A stretch of DNA of 64,000 nucleotides from Eledone cirrhosa (GCA_964016885.1 OZ024741.1:277078001-277142000); one strand, 5' to 3'; positions 1 to 15,108 are shown, numbered from the stretch's first letter. Numbers and translations: made by a program. The notes: a model not told the origin generated them from the sequence alone.

Positions 1-129
1 ATGAAAGGCAAAGTTAACCAAAGTTAAGATTTGAACTCAGAACGTAAAGGGCCATAACTCTTTGTTGCAAACATGGTGTCTGACGCTCTACCGATTCTGC
101 CAATCCGAAATAATGATATATAGTCGAAC

Positions 130-615
130 ACATATAAACACATACAAACACATATAAACACATATAAACACATACAAACACATATAAACACATATAAACA
201 CATATAAACACATACAAACACATATAAACACATATAAACACATACAAACACATATAAACACATACAAACACATATAAACACATATAAACACATATAAACA
301 CATACAAACACATATAAACACATACAAACACATATAAACACATATAAACACATATAAACACATACAAACACATATAAACACATATAAACACATACAAACA
401 CATATAAACACATATAAACACATACAAACACATATAAACACATATAAACACATACAAACACATATAAACACATATAAACACATATAAACACATACAAACA
501 CATATAAACACATACAAACACATATAAACACATACAAACACATATAAATACATATAAACACATACAAACACATATAAACACATATGAACACATATAAATA
601 CATATAAATACATAT
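130..615. repeat. 10-bp minisatellite (CATA[T/C]AAACA)n
   Basis: Near-perfect 10-bp periodicity read directly; explains the three overlapping MCLYVF ORFs. Confidence 0.95.
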
Positions 616-620
616 TTATA

Positions 621-860
621 TACTTACAATCCCAATAAAAACGGCCGACATCAAACGATCAGCAGGCCGTTCATCTGTCCCGCCTCCCCCGGCGTCTTTA
701 TAATGTTCCCGCCCCGCAGCTTCCCAACCCCTAGCTACTACACAATGCCCCGCCTACCGCCTGTTGCCATGACAGATGGAATGCAACATGTAGGAATGTA
801 GATCTGATGTCGCTTCAGAGCTTTGGCTTCGATTAACGTGCATCATGCAGTGTGCAGTGC
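621..860 (-). promoter_or_regulatory. Putative Pol II promoter and short non-coding first exon, transcribed leftwards
   Basis: CpG-rich island in AT-rich DNA. Minus strand: GC boxes (GGGGCGGG, AGGCGGGG), TATAAAG at 702-696, X-box-like GTTGCCATGACAG near 763-775, and donor GTAAGTA at 627-621 about 45 nt after the expected start. Confidence 0.5.
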
Positions 861-905
861 ATGAGCCGTGTACGGGACAGGACGGCACGATTGAACTGGC
901 GTATG

Positions 906-978
<73 letters not shown>

Positions 979-1157
979 GATATTAATAAATGGAAACTAT
1001 ATTTATAAAACCATATTTATTTCATTATACATATTTCAGGGATACCAAATTAAATTATGGTATGCCATTGTTTTTGGAAGTCATCCGGATGACTTCCAAA
1101 AATGGTTGGATTTTAATAGGGTACGTCAAAGCTTATTTGTAAAACTGTTATATATTG

Positions 1158-1222
1158 TATTTTGTCTGATGAAGGTATACCATAATTTAATTTGGTATCC
1201 CTGAAATATGTATAATGAAATA
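1158..1222 (+). ncRNA. Type I minimal hammerhead ribozyme in an inverted-repeat PLE-like element (978-1350)
   Basis: Stem I TATTTTGT/ATGAAATA, core CTGATGA, stem II AGGTATACCA/TGGTATCCCT, GAAA, short palindromic stem III, AUA cleavage triplet. Confidence 0.85.
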
Positions 1223-1350
1223 AATATGGTTTTATAAATATAGTTTCCATTTATTAATATCGTATATCTACTCCAAATACTTGTCGAGTGCTTTATATCA
1301 GTTATAAAAATATTTACTTGTTGTATCCCAACAATTTTAAATAGAACTTT

Positions 1351-1586
<236 letters not shown>

Positions 1587-1636
1587 AATGAAAGGTATAA
1601 AAAATATTGTAGCAAAAAGCCAACAGTATTCCATAA

Positions 1637-1688
<52 letters not shown>

Positions 1689-1701
1689 CAAACATATAAA
1701 T

Positions 1702-1746
<45 letters not shown>

Positions 1747-1850
1747 ACACATTATAAAGAAAGAAAAAACATTAGATATAATTAATAAGATATACCATAT
1801 CCAAATTCCTTCATTGTATTCTGCATGTATCTGTGTATTTCTTTATATTG

Positions 1851-1893
<43 letters not shown>

Positions 1894-1997
1894 AAATTTC
1901 CGTTGAAAACAGAAAAGGTCATAGAAGTGAAGAGTGCTCTATGTAAGTATCAGAGCAAAATTGAATGTATAAAAATCAATAATGTATAAAAATCAAT

Positions 1998-2121
<124 letters not shown>

Positions 2122-2424
2122 CGCACGCATACACACACTGACACGCACACACTTATATAACACACATTTGTAAATATATATACATGTGTGTGTGTGTGAA
2201 AGGGTGCGTGCGTGTGTCTATGTGTGTGGGTCTGTGTTTCGCCACATAACACTCAGTCTATCAATATAGTATATGTAATGATTAGTTTTGTACGGTAACA
2301 ATACAAAACATGTCCCCACTAAAACTTTCGTACAGCCTCCCTGTACATCTTATTACTGCAATACATACATACATACATACATACATACATACACACACAT
2401 GCATATATACATAGGGACACGTAC

Positions 2425-2455
<31 letters not shown>

Positions 2456-2629
2456 TAGAACTGCCTATGATTCCCAATTGTTTGTTTTTTTTCAATATAT
2501 AAAAATTTTATGAGATTTAGTAATAGTTATATTACTAAATCTCATCAATTTTTATTTTATTACTAAGGTGCCGTTTAGTTCAAAACTTAAGAAAGGGGTT
2601 GGTTCTGATCAAGAATTATATTAGATTCT

Positions 2630-3352
2630 AATTTTTGGCCTAAGGTCAGTAATTTCTGGAGAAAGGAAAAGTTGATTATATCAACCCCAGTACTTAACTG
2701 GTACTCTATTAAATCGGCCCCGGAAGGGTGAGAAACAAAATTTACCTCTACGGGAGTTTAACTCAGATCATAGAAAATCGTTACTAAATACCGCAAAGTC
2801 TTTTGTCCAACGCTCTACTGATTCTGCCAATCCAGCACCCTTCTTACGTACAATTATAATTGTTTCTGATTTAAGCACAAGGCCAACAATTTTGGGGGAG
2901 GGAAAAGTCGATTAGATCAATCCCATTGCGATACTGGTAATTTATTTTATCGACCCCTAAGGATGAAAAGTAAAGCTAATCTCGACGGGATTTGTTCAGC
3001 GCTCAACTGGTACTGCCAATCCAACGCTCAATTGTTACTGCCAATCCAACGCTCAACTGATACTGCCAATCCAACGCTCAACTGGTACTGCCAATCCAAC
3101 GCTCAATTGTTATTGCCAATCCAACACTCAACTGATACTGCCAACACAACGCTCAACTGATACTGCCAATCCAACGCTCAACTGATACTTCCAACAACGC
3201 TCAACTGATACTGCCAATCCAACGTCCAACTGATACAGTCTATCCAACGCTCAATTGTTACTGCCAATCCAACGCTCAACTGATACTGCCAATCCAACGC
3301 TCAACTGATACTGCCAATCCAACGATCTACTGATTCTGCCAATCAATCACCC
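2630..3352 (-). mobile_element. Two tRNA-derived SINE copies; the second contains a 25-bp minisatellite
   Basis: Matches the window-wide SINE consensus (GCACAAGGCC...TACTGGTAC...ATCGACCCC...GGATGAAAG...GATTTGAACTC). Confidence 0.8.
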
Positions 3353-3711
3353 TCTTTACGTAGGCAAGTGTTTTAAAAATAAATATAAACATTTTAAATC
3401 AAATGTTCCTTTAATCTTTATTTTGTTGTTGTTTTGTTTTCATAGAAACTGGAACGGTTTCAGGTGGGTTGGTAGAATTAACTTGACAAATTTGTGACAA
3501 GATGGGCCTTTTTGATCATATGTATAAACAACAGCAATAATAACACACACACAATACTTAAATATATCAAGTCTTAATGCTTGATATATTTAAGTATGTG
3601 TCAATCGTTTTTTAATTCTATAATGAATACTCGGAGTTATTCCTAAGAACTTGAATTACTGGCCATATGGCACTTGTCAGAAACAATGTGTTTTAGACTT
3701 GACATTTTGAT

Positions 3712-3772
<61 letters not shown>

Positions 3773-3775
<3 letters not shown>

Positions 3776-4838
3776 TAACAGAGGTACCCGGCGTTGCTCG
3801 GGTATTAAATAGCAGTTGTGTATTCCATTTATGTCAATACTTCAGTGCTACTTCGAAAACTATATTTTTACAAAATCATCGGCTTTTTCCAAAAGAGGGT
3901 TCCTGCCCCCATGGGTCCCCTACTCAATATATGCCAATTCTGAGAGTTCACATTCATCTGTAGGACAAACGTAGCCCATGTGTCAAGTTTTGTGAAAATC
4001 GGTTGCGAACTCCAGAAGTTATGATGTTTTGTTGCATTGCACTGCAGTGCTTCAGTCGACTCCAAGGAAGTGGTTAAGGGGGGTTATCTGCCGGGAGGCC
4101 CTATAATCAATATCCGTAAAAGTGAAAGTGCCCATGACCATCCGGAGTACATAAGTAACCTATGTCTTAAGTTTGGTGAAAATACTGTAGAAATGCATAA
4201 GGTTTATACACGCGCGCGCTCGTGTGTGTGCGTTTGTGGGAGGGTATGAATTTGTGTGTGCGTATGTATGTGTATGCCCGTCGGTGCATACGTATGTAGT
4301 GACCTAAATCTTCACTATTTACTTTTACTATTTTAATAACCTCTGTCATTTTCGTTTTCAACTTTATTTACATCATTCTTAAACTCCGGGGCTAGAAATC
4401 ATTCTGTTATGTTAAATAGAATATTAGTCTAACGACTCCATTTATACCATAAACTTGGTCTTGTCTTTGCATGAAATTGTTCTTCTCGCTCCACATAACG
4501 ACGTATTATCCTCGCTTTTTTTCCGTTCATTGCCAGGGAACGTCTTCACGAACCAAAATATCGTCTTCCTGGTTTCGTTCGGTTGGAACGTTTCTCGAAA
4601 TATTGACTTCTGCGTTCACAGATTACTCTCAGTTCAATCGGAATGGGAAATTCCTGTTTCATCGATTTTCTCCGTAACCATGGAAGCCTGTACCATAAAG
4701 GTCGACCCAACGCCTCCTCGGGTCCTTCTGCATAACTGTGAAAATTTTCGCTGCATTCCACCAAGCCGTTTCGACGTTTATCCGACTACACCTACTTACT
4801 TAAATATACAACGTCCGACCACTTCCAATTCATATAGT

Positions 4839-4842
<4 letters not shown>
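3773..4842 (+). mobile_element. Non-autonomous Helentron/HINE (DINE-1-like) element in (TA)n
   Basis: Begins TACTAACAGAGG followed by hairpin TACCCGG-CGTTG-CTCGGGTA; internal GTCAAGTTTTGTGAAAATCGG block; ends ...ATATAGTAGAT; flanked by (TA)n. Confidence 0.6.
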
Positions 4843-4877
<35 letters not shown>

Positions 4878-4881
<4 letters not shown>

Positions 4882-5594
4882 AATATAAATTAATATAAAT
4901 TAATATATTTGATAAACACAAATACCAACATATTCATGTTTGTATTGTAAATGACCAAGTTAGCTAGATTGAAATATACTAATAATAATATTACAGTTTG
5001 CCTGTCTTGATTTAAGATAAAAAATCAACAAAAACAAATCGTATTGGCAATGGCCGTGGTGCTTGGACAAATTTAAATTTCAAAAGCAAACCTGTTCCGT
5101 AGACAGGTTTAAGCCTTAAAATCCAAATATGTTTCGAATAATGAAAAAGTGGAAGAAATACCGCATTTTGATCTCCTCAGCAAGCACTATAAAAATTGGT
5201 ATGTTCCACTTCAAAATATTTAAAAAGACTGTTTAACGCACGAGGTAATTTCACGCGGTTATCCAGTGTCTAGCTAGTCTCATACTCGTGCTGCTAGAAA
5301 TAACAGCCGTTTGCATGGGGCTAAATTCAGCTCAACGAAGGAGCAGTGATAAATCAATAATAATGAGTTCAAAACTCAGGTAGTCTTTTACAATGAAATA
5401 GCTCAAAGAAAGAGTATTTCTGAGCCGTGTAATACATGTTAATATAAATTAATATATTTGATAAACACAAATACCAACATATTCATGTTTGTATTATAAA
5501 TGACCAAGTTAGCTAGATTGAAATATACTAATAATAATATTACAGTTTGCCTGTCTTGATTTAAGATAAAAAATCAACAAAAACAAATCGTATT
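4878..5594 (-). mobile_element. Retrozyme-like element: ~549-bp unit plus ~157-bp terminal direct repeat, one hammerhead
   Basis: 4890-5045 is repeated at 5439-5594; hammerhead at 5059-5187; flanked by (TA)n; no ORF. Confidence 0.75.
5059..5187 (-). ncRNA. Type I hammerhead ribozyme with long stem III
   Basis: Minus strand: stem I GTGCTTG/CAAGCAC, CTGAGGA, G-C closed stem II, GAAAC, long imperfect stem III, GUC cleavage triplet. Confidence 0.85.
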
Positions 5595-5618
5595 ATTGAT
5601 TTATTATTGATTTATTAT

Positions 5619-5651
<33 letters not shown>

Positions 5652-5653
<2 letters not shown>

Positions 5654-5920
5654 GTAACTGCAGGAGAAGTACCTAACTAAAAATAAACCTCTCTACTTTT
5701 GTTGACTTTTGTTGACTTGGAGAAAGCCTTTCACAGACCCCCCCCCCTCCATTATCTGGTGGGCTCTTAGAAAACTAGGAGTAGATGAGTGGCTTGTGAG
5801 GGTAATACAAGCCACTCAGTCAGCAAGGTTAGAATTAACAATGACAATAGTGAAGAATTTAGCACGCAGGAAGGTGTCCATCAGGGCACCGTCCTTAGCC
5901 CTCTCCTGTTTATTATTTCC
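5652..5920 (+). pseudogene. RTE-like LINE reverse transcriptase fragment
   Basis: Broken frames give LQEKY..FVDLEKAF..IWWALRKLGVDEWLVRVIQ..GVHQGTVLSPLLFII. Confidence 0.85.
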
Positions 5921-5924
5921 ATAC

Positions 5925-5980
<56 letters not shown>

Positions 5981-6206
5981 GGTGAGTAATATTGTAGAAC
6001 AATAAAACTATGCATATATCAGATAAGTAGCACTCAACAGTTGGTAGAACTGGAGTATATATTAAAGAAGAAATTAAAGGATGGTTAAAGAAGTTCCATA
6101 TATTTTAGACCTCCAATATTTGAATACAACCTATAATATTAAGGGTGGTATTCAAATATTTGAGGTCTAAAATATATGGAGCTTCTTTAACCATCTTGTA
6201 ATTTCT

Positions 6207-7174
<968 letters not shown>

Positions 7175-7638
7175 GTGGAACACTGGAAGGTAATATCCAA
7201 GTTCAAATCCCGCCGAGGTTAACTTTGCCTTTCATCCTTACAGGGTCGATAAAATAAAGTACCAGTAATACATTGAGATAATTGCTGGCCTTGTACCAAA
7301 AGTAGAAACAATTATTATATATATAAGTCTGTAGGATCAAAGTCAGTGTTGCAGGCAGCATATATATAAACTTTATTGGCTTATTACAATCGTTTCAATA
7401 TCGATCAGCTCAGGATACAATCATAATGACCGGGGTCCGAGACCATGCCAATAAAATCTATATATATGCTACAACATTAACTTCGATCCTGCTTACTTTT
7501 ATCTAAACTCTGCACGCTGCAGCCGCCTTAACTCTGGAATAGAACCTAACACGAACCCAACACGAGACGGATTCAGTGACAACATCGAGTAACTGCAGTT
7601 ACACACGCACCTAACACACACACACACACACACACATA

Positions 7639-7703
<65 letters not shown>

Positions 7704-7714
7704 GTGTGTGAGTG

Positions 7715-7746
<32 letters not shown>

Positions 7747-7755
7747 TAATAATAT

Positions 7756-7816
<61 letters not shown>

Positions 7817-7842
7817 CACCTATATATATATATATATATACA

Positions 7843-7883
<41 letters not shown>

Positions 7884-8199
7884 CTATATATATATGTGTA
7901 TATATGTATATATTTTATTATATATGTTAGCACACGTGACAAACAGTGGAAAAACAAAGTCAATGTGTGTGTATGTGTGCGTGTGTGTGAGTGTGTGTGT
8001 ATGTGAGTGTGTGCCTGCGTCTGTGTGTGTGTGTATATATGTATGTGTGTGGTAGGGGAGTCAGATCTGCGTGTGGTGTTGATGTGAACTAGTTCAGGTG
8101 AGAAAGCCATGGGGAGGAAATGAGAAGGAAGAGAATTGCACTTGTTGCTAAGTAGAACGATTGAGTAGAAATGACTGATGGCTTGGGGGAGGGGGATGT

Positions 8200-9115
8200 G
8201 TGTGTGTGTGTTTGTGTGTACGAGGGAGGTGTGTATGAGTGTGTCTTTGTGTGTATGTGCGTGTGTGCGTGTGTGTACGAGGAGGTGTGTATGAGTGTGC
8301 CTTTGTGTGTATGTGCGTGTGTGCGTGTGTGTACGAGGAGGTGTGTATGAGTGTGCCTTTGTGTGTATGTGTGTGTGTGTACGAGGGAGGTGTGTATGAG
8401 TGTGCCTTTGTGTGTGTGTGTACGATGGAGGTGTGTATGAGTGTGCCTTTGTGTGTATGTGTGTGTGTACGAGGGAGGTGTATATGAGTGTGCCTTTGTG
8501 TGTATGTGTGTGTGTACGAGGGAGGTGTGTATGAGTGTACCTTTGTGTGTGTGTGTACGAGGGAGGTGTGTATGAGTGTGCCTTTGTGTGTATGTGTGTA
8601 TGTGTTGTGTATGTGTGTATGTGTTGTGTATGTGTGTACGAGGGAGGTGTGTATGAGTGTGCCTTTGTGTGTATGTGTGTGTGTGTGTACGAGGGAGGTG
8701 TGTATGAGTGTACTTGTGTGTGTATGTGTGTGTGTACGAGGGATATGTGTATGAGTCTGTGTGCGTGTGTGTGTAAGTGTTTGTGTGTACGAGGTAGGTG
8801 TGTATGAGTATTTGTGTGTGTGTGTACGAGGGAGATGTGTATGTGTATGCGGCGTGTGTAAGTGTTTGTGTGTTCGAGGGAGATGTATATGTGTGTGTGT
8901 GTGTGTACGAGGTAGGTGTGTATGAGTATTTGTGTGTGTGTGTACGAGGGAGATGTGTATGTGTATGTGTGTGTACTAGGGAGATGTGTATGAATCTATG
9001 TGTGTGTGTGAGAGTATGTGTGTACGAAGGAAGTGTGTATGAGTCTATGTGTATGTGTGTGTGTGTACGAAGGAGGTGTGTGTGTGTGCGAGAGAGGTGT
9101 GTGTGTGAGTAAGAG
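8200..9115. repeat. Degenerate ~40-bp GT-rich minisatellite
   Basis: Repeated GTACGAGGGAGGTGTGTATGAGTGTGCCTTT anchor separated by variable (GT)n. Confidence 0.9.
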
Positions 9116-9212
9116 GGAGATATGTTTGATTCTATATGTGTGTGTGTGTGTGTGTGCGTGTGTGAGTATGTGAGAGTGTGTGTGTGTGTGTGTGTGTGCG
9201 TGTGTGTGTGTG

Positions 9213-9259
<47 letters not shown>

Positions 9260-9491
9260 GTGTGTGAGAGTGTGTGTCAGCATGTAGGGGTGTGTGAAAA
9301 CCTGAATACCTGAACAGTCATATGATTCACTAATTAAGTAAATTTAGGATTATATATACGGTGTGTGTATGTATGCATATGTCTGTGTGTGTGTGTGTGT
9401 GTATGACTCTGTGTGTGTGCATGACTATGTGTATGACTGTGTGTGTGTGCATGACTGTGTGTATGTGTGTGACTATGTGTGTGTGTATGCG

Positions 9492-9574
<83 letters not shown>

Positions 9575-9629
9575 TATAGGAACAGATTAAAGTTCTTTAA
9601 TCTGTTCTTATAATAAATATTTGCTCTTC

Positions 9630-9706
<77 letters not shown>

Positions 9707-9709
<3 letters not shown>

Positions 9710-9782
9710 CCTTGTCCGAAGAACGAATGAGGACGTTTTTTTCGTATTCGTCTTATTCGGGAAACCTCTGGTAATGAGGTAA
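9707..9782 (+). ncRNA. Type I hammerhead with a core mutation (CCGAAGA)
   Basis: Stem I TTACCTTGT/ATGAGGTAA, stem II CGAATGAGGACG/CGTCTTATTCG, GAAAC-CTCTG-GTA. U4-to-C change, so probably inactive. Confidence 0.7.
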
Positions 9783-10029
9783 TTATATTGTATTGTTTAT
9801 TATACATTAAATTTTGCTCTGGTACTTACATAGAACACTCTTCACTCCTATGACTTTTTCAATTTTCAACGGAAACTTCAATACATAAATATATATATAT
9901 ATATATATATAACGAAGGAAATGTGGTAAGGAGCCAGGTGGACCATAACGCACCAAAATACTCAATACTTAGGGTAGTAGAGTGGGTAATAGGAACGAGT
10001 AGGACCCCGACGGCTGAGCTCAAGCCGTT

Positions 10030-10420
10030 TCGACGGCTAATTCTGGACTAAAGTTTAGCCCAGAAAAAGAAAGGGAGCAGTGAGAAAAGCCAGAACCTTA
10101 GCAAATATAAAAATGAACCCTTCTTTAAATTTGCAAAATAGACTGTCTCGGTACACTGCAGGATTGGGCCACTTTTCCATAAAAATGGCTGACTGACCGA
10201 GGATCCTCAAGGAATAAGTGAGATACTGAATGAACAGCACAAGAGTGTTTTCACACCTCCAATGAGGCACATAATAATAACAAAACCAGAGGAATTCTTT
10301 GATGCCACAGCACTAAGCGGAGAAATGGTGACCATCAACCACATAGATATAACGGAGGAAGATATATCACCCATAGAAGAAATGAGAGCAAACTCAGCTG
10401 CTAGACCTGATGAATCCCAA
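10030..10420 (+). pseudogene. Degenerate LINE ORF2 linker fragment (CR1/Jockey-group-like)
   Basis: [27 protein letters not shown] and NSAARPDE resemble the EN-RT linker. Confidence 0.6.
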
Positions 10421-10421
10421 G

Positions 10422-10497
<76 letters not shown>

Positions 10498-10538
10498 AGA
10501 AGAGTCAGGACCACGACGGCTGAGCTCCGGCCGTTTCG

Positions 10539-10594
<56 letters not shown>

Positions 10595-10628
10595 ATATTT
10601 GGTAGGAGTGGGAATATTCTTCAGAATA

Positions 10629-10673
<45 letters not shown>

Positions 10674-10694
10674 TAAAATATATGTGTGTGTACG

Positions 10695-10796
<102 letters not shown>

Positions 10797-10941
10797 CACG
10801 GACACGCATCAACTCTACATTGCTGAAGATCATCGCCACATGTTTACATGAAATAATGTGCAATCGCTACAGAAACACATTAAATACTTAACGCATGTTT
10901 GTTCATTAATTCTGTCCCACTCATGCACACCCACACTATCA

Positions 10942-11027
<86 letters not shown>

Positions 11028-11329
11028 ATAGCACACATACACACACCATAACACACACATTCCACCACACTATTACATACTTACATATCATCACGCATTC
11101 TCACATTATCTCACAGACACACACACAGACCATTTCATTATTATATATGCACACACACACACACTCATGTATGCACCATCACACATTAACACACCATTAT
11201 ACGCACACACATTCACACATACCATGGCACAACATGACAGACATACATAAAATCGCCATTCACAAAAAACACGCGTCGTTACACATTCGCACACCACCAT
11301 ACACGCTCGCGCATAGATATGCATCCTCT

Positions 11330-11547
11330 CTCTCGTGCATGCACGCACACGAGATTTTCTGACGCAGTAGCGACACCAGTTCTACATTCCTACGCATTTG
11401 CATCCCTTTTCTCCAAGACTATTTCAAAGGGAACAGCTGCATGTTGCAAGTGTGAGGTTGTTTAGCAACAAGTTGGGGTCCAACTCTGATGCAACAGTTG
11501 TGCTGTTACAGTGGCAGTCAGTAGGAGTTCTACAGAAATATTCCTAC
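11330..11547. repeat. Conserved non-coding block, copy 1 of 3 (others 14815-15108, 28228-28516)
   Basis: ~200 bp almost identical among the three copies; flanks diverged; no conserved ORF. Confidence 0.9.
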
Positions 11548-11622
11548 ACCAACCTAACATATATAGTGCAAAGTTTTGGAAGACGGAAACTGCAGAAACC
11601 CGCCGAATATATATATATGTAG

Positions 11623-11653
<31 letters not shown>

Positions 11654-11730
11654 CGTATATTGAATTAAATAATAAAGATGTATGATAATAAAGATAGTAA
11701 AGATGTACGAATAAAACCATCCCTCTTATT

Positions 11731-11849
<119 letters not shown>

Positions 11850-11981
11850 TATCTAGGTGTGTTATTGATGGACGTGAGAATGAGTAATGAATACTGAAAT
11901 TTAAATATTCATTTATTATGGCTAAGTGACGCGCCATGTTACTCTGGAGTAATAAAGTTAACAACTGAGCCACAAAAAATG

Positions 11982-12034
<53 letters not shown>

Positions 12035-12065
12035 AGAACAAAGTAGAGGTGGTGTTACATAGTAG

Positions 12066-12100
<35 letters not shown>

Positions 12101-12399
12101 TAAAAACAAAGAACAAGTTCCTTATATTAAAAAATTCAGCATTTAACTTAACTGTTTTCCTATGATTTTCAACGAAAATTTTTGAATGCATCTTCTCTTT
12201 TCATGATATTTGGATTACATTGAGTTCTTCATACGGATTGGACACTACCGTATATTTTGGTAGATTTATCTACATATATATATATATACATTATTTCTTG
12301 TTTCCCTCATATAATGTCATGTGTTCACTCTAGTCGAGTAATTAATTCATTTCTCGCATCATTGAGTGCTGCGGCTTCAGTTTCGTTCGATATGATACT

Positions 12400-12461
<62 letters not shown>

Positions 12462-12876
12462 TTATTTATTTATTTATTTATTTTAATAAATATTTGCTCT
12501 AAGGTTCTTATATATTTGATATATATTTATCCTTATCGAGCCCTCTTTGGATTTTAGTCTTCACATTTATTGTTATTACTATATATATATATACCATATA
12601 TAAACCCCATTAAGGTAACGCCAATCTTAACGCTATCCACGAACCTAAGCAATTGCAGTCGAAACCTATCATATATTTCCACACTCGACACAAATTTTTA
12701 AAAATTACCCCACCCTTCAGAACTATACACCAAAACACATTCCCATGCATAACAATACCCAAACCTATGCTAATTACTGGTAAAGTGGCGAGGGAGCATT
12801 AGTTTGCAGTCGTACGATTAAGCGAAATCTAAGTATGGTCCATCTCTCTCTCCCTCCCCCTCTCTCTCTTTCTCTC

Positions 12877-12931
<55 letters not shown>

Positions 12932-13189
12932 GTATATGTATATGGGCGAAGGCTTCAAAAACATCACCATTGTCCGTACCCTTGTCGTTTTAGTTTGGAT
13001 TGCCTCGAGACCGTAACTTTATTATGTAATGAAACTCTCTGATGAGATCACATTGGTTCCATGTAATCACGTAGCCACTGTCGTCATTGAAAACTGTATC
13101 AGTCTTATTAATAAAGGACTTTAACATCTACTTCGCACATATATATATATATATATATATATATGCATCCGTCTCTCTTTCGCTCTCTC

Positions 13190-13890
13190 CCTCCCAACCC
13201 TCTCCCCCTCTCTCTGGAAGAATTCAGCTGTGTTCAAACCTGAAGAGGAGATGAGCTCCGCCATGTTTAACATGCCCCCAAAATACGCAGTATGTTCCGT
13301 GGCGCCCATACGACTCTACCATAAGTTAAGGGACCATACAAAACAATATGTCCAACTGTGTGTATTTATTGTGCAAAACAGAGTGTTCCACATTGCAGGG
13401 TTGACTGAGTATAGGCAACATTGGAAATATCGCTGGCGATGAGTTGATAACATATAATTTGCTCCATTGTAGTGTATTTAAGTTGAACAGACGGTAATCG
13501 GTGCGTTATTGGATGCAGAGATCGTCCTCTTCATCGAGGTCCTCTATGGGTACTTACGAGCATCGTAACCGAAGAAGTCGGTGACGAGAGACGGTGTGAG
13601 AACGCAATCCTGCTTTGCACCGTTTTCTACCGAGAAAGGTTTTGAGAATTCGTTGACCCCCCTGTAGTTTGATGACCATGCTGAAGAATTATGGGGGAGG
13701 ATGGGGGGAAATCTAATTCATTCTCTGATATGCCACAGAGCTTTCCTGCTCGCAATGACCAAGAGTTTGTTAAGGTCGACAGACGTTATTTCTTTTGTTG
13801 CCCACTTATCTGTTGGGGCTCTCTGGTAAACAAAATACCATATCAGTGAGACTTCTGTTGGTCCTAGATCCACATTGAGCCTCTGGTGTG
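13190..13890 (-). pseudogene. Old RTE-like LINE RT fragment
   Basis: Minus-strand remnants QCGSR..RSLTDMVF, VDL.K, KPFSVENGAKQDCVL. Confidence 0.65.
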
Positions 13891-13899
13891 TTTTTCCTG

Positions 13900-14310
13900 T
13901 AATAGCACAAGGCCAGTAATTTGAAGGGGAGGGGAAAGTCGATTAAATCGATCCCAGTGCATTACTGGTACTTTATTTATCGAATCCGTAAGGATGAAAG
14001 GCAAAGTTAACCTCTGCTTGATTTGAACTCAGAATGTAAAGGGACGTAACGCTCTGCCGCAAAGCATGGTGTCCGACGCTGTACCGATTCTGCCTATCCA
14101 CTACCCTTTCCCCTGTAATAATTGTTTCTTCTTTTGGCACAAGGCCAGCAATTACCTAGTACATTACTGGTACTTTATTTTATCGACCCCGTAAGGATGA
14201 AAGGCAAAGTTAACCTCGGCGGGATTTGAACTCAGAATGGCAAGGGCCATAACTCTATGTGTCAAAGCATGGCGTCCGACCCTCTATCGATACTGCTAAT
14301 CCACCGCCCT
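13900..14310 (-). mobile_element. Two tandem tRNA-derived SINE copies
   Basis: A box (TGGCAGTATCGG-like) and B box GAGTTCAAATCCC on the minus strand; central GCCTTTCATCCTTACGGGGTCGATAAA domain. Other copies near 1-107, 7199-7316(+), 14505-14712(+), 28600-29010, 53615-53815(+), 54008-54112. Confidence 0.9.
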
Positions 14311-14814
14311 CAATAATCGACACCATTCTGTTCAGGATTACTCTCACGGGGCTCTTCCCTACGCTGGAGCGTAGAGTTATCAACCAGTAGATGGAGCAAT
14401 AGTAGTTCCCTTCCTACACCTGTTCAAATGAAATGTGCAGTCACCATTGAGAGACATATTACACATTTTACTCACGTTCTTTCACTAATTTTTCCCCTCC
14501 AGGGCAATAAATTGGCAGAATCGTTAGAGCGTCCGACAAAATGTTTTGCAGTATTTGTTCCAACTTTTTGCGTTCTTAATTCAAACCCTGCCGAGATCTA
14601 CATGTACCTTCCAAAGTTGATAAATTAAATTAGCAGACAGATACGCGATTAATGTAATCAACCGTTCCCCCTCCCCTCGAAATTGCTGATCTTGTGCCTA
14701 AATTAGAAACCAAAATTTAGCCTCTCTCTCCTACATGCACGCGACACACGCGCGTTCGCACACATACGATCACACATATACGCTCGCACCATCACAAACA
14801 TGCATCCATTTTCT

Positions 14815-15108
14815 ATCACGTGCATGCACGCACACGAGATTTTCTGACGCAGTAGCGACACCAGTTCTACATTCCTACGCATTTGCATCCCTTTTCTCCA
14901 AGACTATTTCAAAGGGAACAGCTGCATGTTGCAAGTGTGAGGTTGTTTAGCAACAAGTTGAGGATCAATTCTGATGCAACAGTTGTACTGTTACAGTGGC
15001 AGTCAGTAGGAGTTCTGGAGAAATCTTTCTACTTACCGGGAAAATCGATTTTCCGACCTCTCGCTTTATAAGTGATGTATGCTGATGTATGATATATGAA
15101 AATGGCAT
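14815..15108. repeat. Conserved non-coding block, copy 2 of 3
   Basis: Aligns to 11330-11547 and 28228-28516; contains the perfect palindrome GGAAAATCGATTTTCC. Confidence 0.9.

Noticed and set aside
14-613. Long MCLYVF-repeat ORFs
   Set aside because: Products of a 10-bp minisatellite that is open in all three minus frames.
721-735. CCCAACCCCTAG as a telomerase template
   Set aside because: Does not match CTAACCCTAA and there is no supporting structure.
11351-11547. Repeated block as duplicated, mutually exclusive coding exons
   Set aside because: Stops in all minus frames and no conserved splice-flanked open frame on the plus strand.
13236-13290. CTGAAGAG as a hammerhead core
   Set aside because: No GAAA or pairing stems; lies in an RTE fragment.
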